Source: Paraphysomonas bandaiensis
Taxonomy: Eukaryota > Protista > Chrysophyceae
Length of the DNA stretch: 64,000 nt
Direction: 5' to 3'
NCBI GenBank assembly: GCA_965644295.1
Contig: CBFFRP010000136.1
Coordinates: 62,001-126,000, forward strand
Made by a program: the position numbers and the translations under genes. The notes under the pieces were generated by a model. It searched no databases, was not told where the DNA came from, and saw only the letters and a program-made list of their open reading frames with translations. The stretch's first letter is position 1. Each line of letters opens with the position of its first letter. Positions 1-12,001 of the stretch are shown here, piece after piece.

Positions 1-1
1 T

Positions 2-3000
2 ATTCCTAGTGGTGAACCAACGTCGATTCCCAGCGGGGAACCTTCAAGTGTTCCAAGTGGAGAGCCCACATCATTTCCGAGTGGGGAACCTAGTAGTATA
101 CCCAGTGGTGAGCCAACATCTCTTCCAAGTGGGGAACCGTCTAGTGTACCTAGCGGTGAGCCAAGTGCTGTTCCAAGTGGTGAACCTAGCAGTGTTCCTA
201 GTGGTGAGCCAAGTAGTGTTCCGACGGGCGAACCTAGCAGTGTACCAAGTGGAGAGCCTACATCTATTCCCAGTGGTGAACCTAGTAGTATTCCCAGCGG
301 TGAGCCAACATCTCTTCCAAGTGGGGAACCTAGCAGTATTCCTAGCGGTGAGCCAAGCGCAGTTCCAAGTGGTGAACCCAGCGGTATTCCAAGTGGAGAA
401 CCATCAAGTATTCCAAGTGGAGAGCCGTCAGCTCTTCCGAGCGGTGAACCTAGCAGTATTCCTAGTGGAGAGCCAAGTGCTGTTCCAAGTGGTGAGCCAA
501 GTGGTACACCAACGGGGGAACCAAGTAGTATTCCTAGTGGTGAACCAACGTCGATTCCCAGCGGGGAACCTTCAAGTGTTCCAAGTGGAGAGCCCACATC
601 ACTTCCGAGTGGGGAACCTAGTAGTATACCCAGTGGTGAGCCAACATCTCTTCCAAGTGGGGAACCGTCTAGTGTACCTAGCGGTGAGCCAAGTGCTGTT
701 CCAAGTGGTGAACCTAGCAGTGTTCCTAGTGGTGAGCCGAGTAGTGTACCTAGCGGTGAGCCAAGTGCTGTTCCAAGTGGAGAGCCTACATCTCTTCCAA
801 GTGGTGAACCTAGTAGTATTCCCAGCGGTGAGCCAACATCTCTTCCAAGTGGAGAACCTAGCAGTATTCCTAGCGGTGAGCCAAGCGCAGTTCCAAGTGG
901 TGAACCCAGCGGTATTCCAAGTGGAGAACCATCAAGTATTCCAAGTGGAGAGCCGTCAGCTCTTCCGAGCGGTGAACCTAGCAGTATTCCTAGTGGTGAG
1001 CCAAGTGCTGTTCCAAGTGGTGAGCCAAGTGGTACACCAACGGGGGAACCAAGTAGTATTCCTAGTGGTGAACCAACGTCGATTCCCAGCGGGGAACCTT
1101 CAAGTGTTCCAAGTGGAGAGCCCACATCACTTCCGAGTGGGGAACCTAGTAGTATACCCAGTGGCGAGCCAACATCTCTTCCAAGTGGGGAACCGTCTAG
1201 TGTACCTAGCGGTGAGCCAAGTGCTGTTCCAAGTGGTGAACCTAGCAGTGTTCCTAGTGGTGAGCCAAGTAGTGTACCTAGCGGTGAGCCAAGTGCTGTT
1301 CCAAGTGGAGAGCCTACATCTATTCCCAGTGGTGAACCTAGTAGTATTCCCAGCGGTGAGCCAACATCTCTTCCAAGTGGGGAACCTAGCAGTATTCCTA
1401 GCGGTGAGCCAAGCGCAGTTCCAAGTGGTGAACCCAGCGGTATTCCAAGTGGAGTACCATCAAGTATTCCAAGTGGAGAGCCGTCAGCTCTTCCTAGTGG
1501 TGAGCCAAGTGCTGTTCCAAGTGGTGAGCCAAGTGGTACACCAACGGGGGAACCAAGTAGTATTCCTAGTGGTGAACCAACGTCGATTCCCAGCGGGGAA
1601 CCTTCAAGTGTTCCAAGTGGAGAGCCCACATCACTTCCGAGTGGGGAACCTAGTAGTATACCCAGTGGCGAGCCAACATCTCTTCCAAGTGGGGAACCGT
1701 CTAGTGTACCTAGCGGTGAGCCAAGTGCTGTTCCAAGTGGTGAACCTAGCAGTGTTCCTAGTGGTGAGCCGAGTAGTGTACCTAGCGGTGAGCCAAGTGC
1801 TGTTCCAAGTGGAGAGCCTACATCTATTCCCAGTGGTGAACCTAGTAGTATTCCCAGCGGTGAGCCAACATCTCTTCCAAGTGGGGAACCTAGCAGTATT
1901 CCTAGCGGTGAGCCAAGCGCAGTTCCAAGTGGTGAACCCAGCGGTATTCCAAGTGGAGTACCATCAAGTATTCCAAGTGGAGAGCCGTCAGCTCTTCCGA
2001 GTGGTGAGCCAAGTGCTGTTCCAAGTGGTGAGCCAAGTGGTACACCAACGGGGGAACCAAGTAGTATTCCTAGTGGTGAACCAACGTCGATTCCCAGCGG
2101 GGAACCTTCAAGTGTTCCAAGTGGAGAGCCCACATCACTTCCGAGTGGGGAACCTAGTAGTATACCCAGTGGTGAGCCAACATCTCTTCCAAGTGGGGAA
2201 CCGTCTAGTGTACCTAGCGGTGAGCCAAGTGCTGTTCCAAGTGGTGAACCTAGCAGTGTTCCTAGTGGTGAGCCAAGTAGTGTTCCGACGGGCGAACCTA
2301 GCAGTGTACCAAGTGGAGAGCCTACATCTATTCCCAGTGGTGAACCTAGTAGTATTCCCAGCGGTGAGCCAACATCGATTCCCAGCGGGGAACCTTCAAG
2401 TGTTCCAAGTGGAGAGCCCACATCACTTCCCAGTGGGGAACCTAGTAGTATACCCAGTGGCGAGCCAACATCTCTTCCAAGTGGGGAACCGTCTAGTGTA
2501 CCTAGCGGTGAGCCAAGTGCTGTTCCAAGTGGTGAACCTAGCAGTGTTCCTAGTGGTGAGCCGAGTAGTGTACCTAGCGGTGAGCCAAGTGCTGTTCCAA
2601 GTGGAGAGCCTACATCTATTCCCAGTGGTGAACCTAGTAGTATTCCCAGCGGTGAGCCAACATCTCTTCCAAGTGGGGAACCTAGCAGTATTCCTAGCGG
2701 TGAGCCAAGCGCAGTTCCAAGTGGTGAACCCAGCGGTATTCCAAGTGGAGTACCATCAAGTATTCCAAGTGGAGAGCCGTCAGCTCTTCCGAGTGGTGAG
2801 CCAAGTGCTGTTCCAAGTGGTGAGCCAAGTGGTACACCAACGGGGGAACCAAGTAGTATTCCTAGTGGTGAACCAACGTCGATTCCCAGCGGGGAACCTT
2901 CAAGTGTTCCAAGTGGAGAGCCCACATCACTTCCGAGTGGGGAACCTAGTAGTATACCCAGTGGTGAGCCAACATCACTTCCGAGTGGGGAACCGTCTAG

Positions 3001-6000
3001 TGTACCTAGCGGTGAGCCAAGTGCTGTTCCAAGTGGTGAACCTAGCAGTGTTCCTAGTGGTGAGCCAAGTAGTGTTCCGACGGGCGAACCTAGTAGTGTA
3101 CCCAGTGGAGAGCCTACATCTATTCCCAGTGGTGAACCTAGTAGTATTCCCAGCGGTGAGCCAACATCTCTTCCAAGTGGGGAACCTAGCAGTATTCCTA
3201 GCGGTGAGCCAAGCGCAGTTCCAAGTGGTGAACCCAGCGGTATTCCAAGTGGAGTACCATCAAGTATTCCAAGTGGAGAGCCGTCAGCTCTTCCGAGTGG
3301 TGAGCCAAGTGCTGTTCCAAGTGGTGAGCCAAGTGGTACACCAACGGGGGAACCAAGTAGTATTCCTAGTGGTGAACCAACGTCGATTCCCAGCGGGGAA
3401 CCTTCAAGTGTTCCAAGTGGAGAGCCCACATCACTTCCAAGTATTGAACCTAGTAGTATACCCAGTGGTGAGCCAACATCTCTTCCAAGTGGGGAACCGT
3501 CTAGTGTACCTAGCGGTGAGCCAAGTGCTGTTCCAAGTGGTGAACCTAGCAGTGTTCCTAGTGGTGAGCCAAGTAGTGTTCCGACGGGCGAACCTAGTAG
3601 TGTACCCAGTGGAGAGCCTACATCTATTCCCAGTGGTGAACCTAGTAGTATTCCCAGCGGTGAGCCAACATCTCTTCCAAGTGGGGAACCTAGCAGTATT
3701 CCTAGCGGTGAGCCAAGCGCAGTTCCAAGTGGTGAACCCAGCGGTATTCCAAGTGGGGTACCATCAAGTATTCCAAGTGGAGAGCCGTCAGCTTCTCCGA
3801 GCGGTGAACCTAGCAGTATTCCTAGTGGTGAGCCAAGTGCTGTTCCAAGTGGTGAGCCAAGTGGTATACCAACGGGGGAACCAAGTAGTATTCCTAGTGG
3901 TGAACCAACGTCGATTCCCAGCGGGGAACCTTCAAGTGTTCCAAGTGGAGAGCCCACATCACTTCCGAGTGGGGAACCTAGTAGTATACCCAGTGGTGAG
4001 CCAACATCTCTTCCAAGTGGGGAACCGTCTAGTGTACCTAGCGGTGAGCCAAGTGCTGTTCCAAGTGGTGAACCTAGCAGTGTTCCTAGTGGTGAGCCAA
4101 GTAGTGTTCCGACGGGCGAACCTAGCAGTGTACCAAGTGGAGAGCCTACATCTATTCCCAGTGGTGAACCTAGTAGTATTCCCAGCGGTGAGCCAACATC
4201 TCTTCCAAGTGGGGAACCTAGCAGTATTCCTAGCGGTGAGCCAAGCGTAGTTCCAAGTGGTGAACCCAGCGGTATTCCAAGTGGAGAACCATCAAGTATT
4301 CCAAGTGGAGAGCCGTCAGCTCTTCCGAGCGGTGAACCTAGCAGTATTCCTAGTGGTGAGCCAAGTGCTGTTCCAAGTGGTGAGCCAAGTGGTATACCAA
4401 CGGGGGAACCAAGTAGTATTCCTAGTGGTGAACCAACGTCGATTCCCAGCGGGGAACCTTCAAGTGTTCCAAGTGGAGAGCCCACATCACTTCCGAGTGG
4501 GGAACCTAGTAGTATACCCAGTGGTGAGCCAACATCTCTTCCAAGTGGGGAACCGTCTAGTGTACCTAGCGGTGAGCCAAGTGCTGTTCCAAGTGGTGAA
4601 CCTAGCAGTGTTCCTAGTGGTGAGCCAAGTAGTGTTCCGACGGGCGAACCTAGCAGTGTACCAAGTGGAGAGCCTACATCTATTCCCAGTGGTGAACCTA
4701 GTAGTATTCCCAGCGGTGAGCCAACATCTCTTCCAAGTGGGGAACCTAGCAGTATTCCTAGCGGTGAGCCAAGCGCAGTTCCAAGTGGTGAACCCAGCGG
4801 TATTCCAAGTGGAGAACCATCAAGTATTCCAAGTGGAGAGCCGTCAGCTCTTCCGAGCGGTGAACCTAGCAGTATTCCTAGTGGTGAGCCAAGTGCTGTT
4901 CCAAGTGGTGAGCCAAGTGGTATACCAACGGGGGAACCAAGTAGTATTCCTAGTGGTGAACCAACGTCGATTCCCAGCGGGGAACCTTCAAGTGTTCCAA
5001 GTGGAGAGCCCACATCACTTCCGAGTGGGGAACCTAGCAGTGTTCCTAGCGGTGAGCCAAGTAGTGTTCCGACGGGCGAACCTAGCAGTGTACCAAGTGG
5101 AGAGCCTACATCTATTCCCAGTAGTGAACCTAGTAGTATTCCCAGCGGTGAGCCAACATCTCTTCCAAGTGGGGAACCTAGCAGTATTCCTAGCGGTGAG
5201 CCAAGCGCAGTTCCAAGTGGTGAACCCAGCGGTATTCCAAGTGGAGAACCATCAAGTATTCCAAGTGGAGAGCCGTCAGCTCTTCCGAGCGGTGAACCTA
5301 GCAGTATTCCTAGTGGTGAGCCAAGTGCTGTTCCAAGTGGTGAGCCAAGTGGTATACCAACGGGGGAACCAAGTAGTATTCCTAGTGGTGAACCAACGTC
5401 GATTCCCAGCGGGGAACCTTCAAGTGTTCCAAGTGGAGAGCCCACATCACTTCCGAGTGGGGAACCTAGTAGTATACCCAGTGGTGAGCCAACATCTCTT
5501 CCAAGTGGGGAACCGTCTAGTGTACCTAGCGGTGAGCCAAGTGCTGTTCCAAGTGGTGAACCTAGCAGTGTTCCTAGTGGTGAGCCAAGTAGTATTCCGA
5601 CGGGCGAACCTAGTAGTGTACCAAGTGGAGAGCCTACATCTATTCCCAGTGGTGAACCTAGTAGTATTCCCAGCGGTGAGCCAACATCTCTTCCAAGTGG
5701 GGAACCTAGCAGTATTCCTAGCGGTGAGCCAAGCGCAGTTCCAAGTGGTGAACCCAGCGGTATTCCAAGTGGAGAACCATCAAGTATTCCAAGTGGAGAG
5801 CCGTCAGCTCTTCCGAGCGGTGAACCTAGCAGTATTCCTAGTGGTGAGCCAAGTGCTGTTCCAAGTGGTGAGCCAAGTGGTATACCAACGGGGGAACCAA
5901 GTAGTATTCCTAGTGGTGAACCAACGTCGATTCCCAGCGGGGAACCTTCAAGTGTTCCAAGTGGAGAGCCCACATCACTTCCGAGTGGGGAACCTAGTAG

Positions 6001-7800
6001 TATACCCAGTGGTGAGCCAACATCTCTTCCAAGTGGGGAACCGTCTAGTGTACCTAGCGGTGAGCCAAGTGCTGTTCCAAGTGGTGAACCTAGCAGTGTT
6101 CCTAGTGGTGAGCCAAGTAGTGTTCCGACGGGCGGACCTAGCAGTGTACCAAGTGGAGAGCCTACATCTATTCCCAGTGGTGAACCTAGTAGTATTCCCA
6201 GCGGTGAGCCAACATCTCTTCCAAGTGGGGAACCTAGCAGTATTCCTAGCGGTGAGCCAAGCGCAGTTCCAAGTGGTGAACCCAGCGGTATTCCAAGTGG
6301 AGAACCATCAAGTATTCCAAGTGGAGAGCCGTCAGCTTTTCCGAGCGGTGAACCTAGCAGTATTCCTAGTGGTGAGCCAAGTGCTGTTCCAAGTGGTGAG
6401 CCAAGTGGTACACCAACGGGGGAACCAAGTAGTATTCCTAGTGGTGAACCAACGTCGATTCCCAGCGGGGAACCTTCAAGTGTTCCAAGTGGAGAGCCCA
6501 CATCACTTCCAAGTATTGAACCTAGTAGTATACCCAGTGGTGAGCCAACATCTCTTCCAAGTGGGGAACCGTCTAGTGTACCTAGCGGTGAGCCAAGTGC
6601 TGTTCCAAGCGGCGAACCGAGTGGTGTTCCCACGGGCGAACCATCTAGTGTTCCCAGTGGGAAGCCGTCATCTCTTCCAAGTGGTCAGCCAAGCGGTTTT
6701 CCGTCCGGTGAACCTAGTAGTATTCCCAGTGGTGAGCCGACATCTCTTCCAAGTGGGGAGCCGTCAAGCGTACCTAGTGGTGAGCCAAGTGCTGTTCCTA
6801 GTGGGATACCATCTAGTTTTCCAAGTTGTGAGCCAACGTCGGTTCCAAGTGGTGAACCTAGCAGTATTCCGAGCAGTGAACCATCATGTGCTCCGAGTGT
6901 TGAACCAACGTCTTTTCCAAGTGGTGGACCAAGCAGTGTACCTAGCGGACAACCGTCTTGCGTTCCTAGTGGTGAGCCTAGTAGTATTCCTAGCAGACAA
7001 CCATCTGGTATTCCCAGTGGTAAGCCATCTTGTGTTCCAAGCGGAGTACCATCTGGTGTGCCTACTGGGGAGCCATCAGGTATTCCAAGTAGTGAGCCAA
7101 GTGCTATTCCTACAGGCAAACCTACTGGTGTTCCAAGTAATGAACCTAGCAGTATTCCAAGTGGTGAACCTAGTAATATACCTACTGGAGAGCCATCTAG
7201 TGTTCCAAGTTTTAAACCTAGCGGCATTCCTAGTTGTGAACCATCTTGTGCTCCAAGTGGAGAGCCATCTAGCCGCCCTAGTGGTGAGCCTAGTAGTGTT
7301 CCTAGTTATGAACCATCAAGCATGCCCAGTGGTGAGCCGACATCTACTCCAAGTAGTGAACCAACATGTATTCCAAGTGGAAACCCTAGCAGTATTCCAA
7401 GTGGAGTACCATCAAGTGTTCCAAGTGGTGAGCCTACATCAGTTCCCAGCGAAAAACCATCAGGTGTTCCTAGTGCTGTGCCGACGTCTGTTCCAAGTGG
7501 AGAGCCATCTAGTGTACCCAGTTATGGGCCGACATCTGTTCCAAGTGTAATACCAAGCGGTGGGCCTAGCAGTATTCCCAGTGGGGATCCATCAAGTGTT
7601 CCCAGTGTTGAGCCGAGCAGTGTTCCCAGTGGGGAACCATCAAGTGTTCCTAACAGTGAACCGAGTGGTGTTCCAAGTGGACATCCGTCTTGTGTTCCAA
7701 GTGGAGAACCATCTTGTGTTCCAAGTGGAGAGCCATCTGGTTTCCCGACGGGTGTACCGTCTCGACTTCCCTCTGGATTACCCAGCTGTTTTCCATCCAG
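2..7800 (+). repeat. Coding tandem repeat: 24-bp unit (octapeptide PSGEP[S/T][S/A/G][I/V/L]) organised into a 528-bp higher-order repeat
   Basis: The marker TATTCCTAGTGGTGAACCAACGTCG recurs at 1, 529, 1057, 1561, 2065, 2857, 3361, 3889, 4417, 4945, 5377, 5905, 6433. Spacings are 528/504/792/432, all multiples of 24. The array degenerates after ~6600. Confidence 0.97.
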
Positions 7801-10800
7801 TTTACCCTCGGGGTTTCCTACTGGTATTCCATCCGGAGATCCTACTGGAATACCGTCTAGTTTGCCATCCTCATTGCCATCTGTGCTACCAACGTCTCCA
7901 ACGAGTTATCCTTCTGGAGTTCCCACAGCTGTACCAAGTTCTATTCCGACATGTAGTCCATCATCTCCGTCCAGTATGCCTAGCTCTTCACCTACATCAC
8001 CATCTGCTGTGCCGACGTTTCTACCGACGTCTACTCCGTCATGGTCACCCAGTTCTTTACCGTCTGAGGTTCCTACTACGGTTCCTTCGACTACACCAAG
8101 TAGTTTTCCTACCGACTTACCTACCCACGTCCCAACTATTGTGGACGTCACTCTCGATGTGTACGTTTGCGTGGCAGCGAACATTTCTATAGTCAATGTG
8201 TCCAACGACGATTTGTACGATTCTTTGTCAGTGGCAGCGGTCAAGTTGGGGCTTTCTGAATCTACAGGGATAGAACAAAGTTTAATTCAGTACGATATTG
8301 ATCCAACAACATTATGTCCAACTGGTGTGTTCATTGAAATCCGTACTCTTCTATGATCTAATATTGTATACAGTTGAGGAAAGAGACGAGGTTGAGAGTA
8401 ACATTAAAAGGAAACTGTCTGAAATTAGAGGCGAAATGCACTTTTCTATTCAGGGTTCACTTCATGGTAAGATTTCTCTTTGTGCGACATCGTTTTGACT
8501 TTTTTCAGATTCTGGTCTCTCTACTAGGGATGATTTGGGTAGTTTTCTAGCCACCACACTTGACCAGGCAGTTGTAAGCGGAGAATTTTCGAAGAAACTG
8601 ACCGCTGCTGTGGTATATCAATGGAATTGCTTTGTATTTGTTTGTAAGGATTTAATCGACAGGATATTCTTAATGCTACGAAACTATCGCACCCAAAATC
8701 ACGTGCTGCGTTGTCAGAAATAAGAAAAGTGTCAAGAAAAGATGCAGTGATATATCGTCAGCCATTTCCAACGCTAGCGCCGACATCGAGCGTACCAACC
8801 TTAGGACCGACGACGAGTTACCCCACTGGAGTACCGACTTTGCGACCTTCGTTTGGAAATATTCCCTATACCACAAACGACACACCCTTTTTAATGGCCA
8901 TCGGCATAGGGGTTCCGTTGGCCTGTGGATTTTGTGGTATGGAGTGCTATAGTTCTGTCTTCGCATTAACTTCGTTGCCAGGTTTTTTGATTTTTATATT
9001 TGTCTTTTGGCGACCAAACAAAAAGAAGTCGTCAGTTTATGTGACATCATGTGACGATTCTACAAGGTTCGATGGTATTTTCACTTAGTATGCCTATAAC
9101 GATCATGTAGGCTCCACTCCACTGTAAGAAAAGAGAAGGACTTGAAATTAAAGTATGTGTTTAATTTTGCTCCATTATACAGTTAATATATTTGCTATAG
9201 ACATTGCTTTCAAGCAGAAGAATTACCTAGTCCATCATCAGAACGTACCCCGCCATCAAATGTTATTCAGGAGCATATATCTTTTCCGGGTGAGTACTTT
9301 AGATACATAGTTTGGGATGACTTACACTTGGGTTAGTAGGAATTGTGAATAAAGCTTTTTTGTTTATCAAGCCACATGCGAACATACCACCCGTTAGGGC
9401 ACTTGTTCGGGATTGGTTGTGCTCGAAAGGAATGAAAATTTCTGGATATGGTATTATCGCAGGGAAAAGTCTCGCTAGGAGTATTCATAGACAGTATGCC
9501 GAGATTGGCAGAAAAGCTCTGCTTCTAAAAGCGCATGACTACTCGTTATCTTCAAGTGCACTAATCAGTTTTCAGAAAAAGTTTGGTATGAGTTGGTCCG
9601 AAGCTGTGGAAAGAGGCATGGTGCGGAATGCTATGGATACTTGCGCGATGCTGGACTTAAGCGACAGCGATCTGAGTAAAGCATGGTTGACTTGTTCATC
9701 AAATGGACTTGTATTGAAAATGGGGCAAGGTTTCTATTGCGGACTCATAAACATTTTCCCAGACAGAGGTCCTATATTCTGCGTAAATGGGTTTTATCCT
9801 GCCATGTATGCTGAATATGCCTCACCGAATGCATCCGTATATTATTTATCTGTGGAATGGCATGACAATTTGATGTCATGGGTTCATTTTCGATCGCACG
9901 TTGTGGGGTTTACGGACCCAAGTCATGCTCACCCAGATTCTCTGAGAAGTGTAATTATGATGGAGTGGAAGGAATTATCTCTAACGTCACCGCTTAATAT
10001 TCAAGACAACGCAATTCATGCCTCATCATCAGCATTTGAAGCATTTGCTGAAAGGTGTAATTGGCTCAATGATCCGTGGATGAATGATCCCTTAGGGTCA
10101 AGATTATATTCTCTGGGCTTAACACCTCACGTTATAAGAGATTGGATTGATAATACTAGTTTCCGTGGTAAACCTATATTTGATCATATGAAGAATTTAG
10201 GGTGTCAAGAATGTTTGTCATTGATACAGAACATGTTTTCTATTGCCACAGGTCCGTGTATATACCTTAATCGCTGTGTGCTTTTACTCTCGTTTCAGTG
10301 CTACATACTCCGAATTCTGCTACATCCACAGCGCTACATCCACAATCCCAAGGTTACACTTTGATATCTGTTTTTATTTCACTATATAATTTCATTCTTA
10401 GGCAAAGAAATTGGTTCCAGATTGTTGAGGCGAAACCACGCCTTTTTGTACTTCAAACCAGATGCCTGTATCTCCACAGTGATTAAATATGTTCGTGATT
10501 TTCTTGTAACCAGAGGATTTTCTGTAGCGAGTGAAGGCGATATATCTGCCAGCACGATTGAGAAAGAATGTTTAATTGATAGACAGTATGCTACTATTGC
10601 AAGAAGCTCAACGTTACTGAAACCTTCAGAACTAAAGCTTAACGCACCGGCATTCATTCGATTTCAAAAGAAATTCGGAAGTAGTTGGTCAGATGCCATT
10701 AATGAAAACAAAGTATTCAATGCTGTCGATGCTGCGTCGGTTCTATCTGTGAATTATAAAGAGTTATATGCCGCGTGGCTGGAGTGTGTTGAAAGTGGAA

Positions 10801-12001
10801 AGATGATAAAGTTGGGCCATGGCATGTATTGTGGTATGTTGACATCAGCAAAGGACACCGGGCATATATTCTGTATAAACGGCTTTTACATGGAAATGCG
10901 CGCGAAATATATTGCTCGGGCGGTATCAGTACATTACTTTTGTGTTGAGTGGGATAATGAGTTAATGAGTTGGGAAACATTCAACAGGAAAGTGGTGGGG
11001 TCCACAAACCCAAGTGTCGCACACAGTGAATCGATTCGTGCAGTGTTGGCAGCTGCATGGAAGGATTTGGGATTGTCATCTCCCCTCAATATGGAAAGCA
11101 ATGCAGTTCATGCGTCTGCTTCAGCGTTTGAAGCTATGGCTGAAAGAAGTTTATGGCTGAGCTGCCCGATTGAATCTGATGTACTTGGTAGCCTTCTGTT
11201 GTCTCGAGGAATTTCGCTGCAGGTTCTAAAGAATTGGATACAAAATCCTATTGAAGGAGGCACGAGTGTATTTGAACGCATGTTGAATAAAGGTACTGAA
11301 GCTTGTATCGATGAAAGTCTATTGCTGGTAAACCGATCAGGTGCGAAGTCTATTATATATAATACTATTTATTTTGACTTGATACTAGACACCATAATGT
11401 TGAGTCCTTCCCCGACATCTCTTCCACCACTTCATCGCGGGCGCACATTGCCACCTCTACGGCAAGTTCAAGCTCAAGGTAATGTCATTTAGTTACATAT
11501 ATTTCGTTTGATGACTTCAATGAAGGTGGACCTCCCGAGTATGCCAGCAGAACGAATGCACACCCTGATTTCTGTGGTGGACGATATGACGATATTGTCA
11601 GCGATGCATGCGAAGATAGCCAAGTTAAACTGAAGTCAGATGGATATAGATATTCATCAGAGGAGGATTATAATTATTCACCTTCTCAGAGGCCATATTC
11701 ATCAAGAACTCATATGTCGAAGTTACAAAATGACATCGACACGAGGCCCCTAAGGAGAGGTAGAGTTGAACATGTGTCGCGAATGAGTTATGCAAGGAGA
11801 TCGCAGTATTCACCGCAGGATAATACACAGTTCAAGAAACCGAGGATATACATGGAGCGGAGTTCTCGCTCTCGTGGTCGTATTGATGACAGAGATCGAG
11901 ATATTAGTTTGCCACTGGAGTCGAATAGACATTCATTGCGCCGTAAGAATCGAAGCAGGAGCAGCAGTAAGAAAAGCCCTGAACGAATATTGACAGTTTA
12001 G
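2..12001 (+). CDS. 5'-truncated giant single-pass membrane protein: PSGEPSS(I/V) mucin-like ectodomain + juxtamembrane domain + TM helix + two NDPK-like domains + RS-rich tail (12 exons visible)
   Basis: Frame +2 is open from base 2 (IPSGEPTS...). Eleven GT-AG introns, each keeping the frame: 8325-8373, 8467-8508, 8613-8662, 8937-8981, 9067-9110, 9153-9200, 9290-9339, 10252-10298, 10353-10401, 11341-11388, 11479-11525. Spliced TM is [26 protein letters not shown] followed by RPNKKK. NDPK motifs: FIKPHA/YFKPDA, GxT(D/N)P, S(L/I)R, NA(I/V)HAS. Stop TAG at 11999-12001. Confidence 0.8.
9340..10251 (+). other. Exon encoding NDPK-like domain 1 (insert-containing protist type)
   Basis: AFLFIKPHA ... 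RQY ... [11 protein letters not shown] ... SLRSVI ... [21 protein letters not shown]; His codon at 10017-10019. Confidence 0.88.
10402..11340 (+). other. Exon encoding NDPK-like domain 2
   Basis: AFLYFKPDA ... IDRQY ... [11 protein letters not shown] ... SIRAVL ... [21 protein letters not shown]; His codon at 11109-11111; clearly paralogous to domain 1. Confidence 0.88.

Noticed and set aside
1-6600. CRISPR-like array or ice-nucleation protein
   Set aside because: There are no unique spacers, and the octapeptide is Pro-rich and lacks the AGYGSTxT pattern
9-7550. 1413-aa and 1097-aa V/Q/L-rich ORFs in frame +3 as real or overlapping genes
   Set aside because: Shadow frame. It stays open because Val/Ile codons are followed by Pro, and a single Ala-to-Val change near 4248 creates a stop. 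Variation is synonymous in frame +2.
6685-8244. Antisense GxPLG ORFs
   Set aside because: Mirror of the Pro/Ser codons on the coding strand
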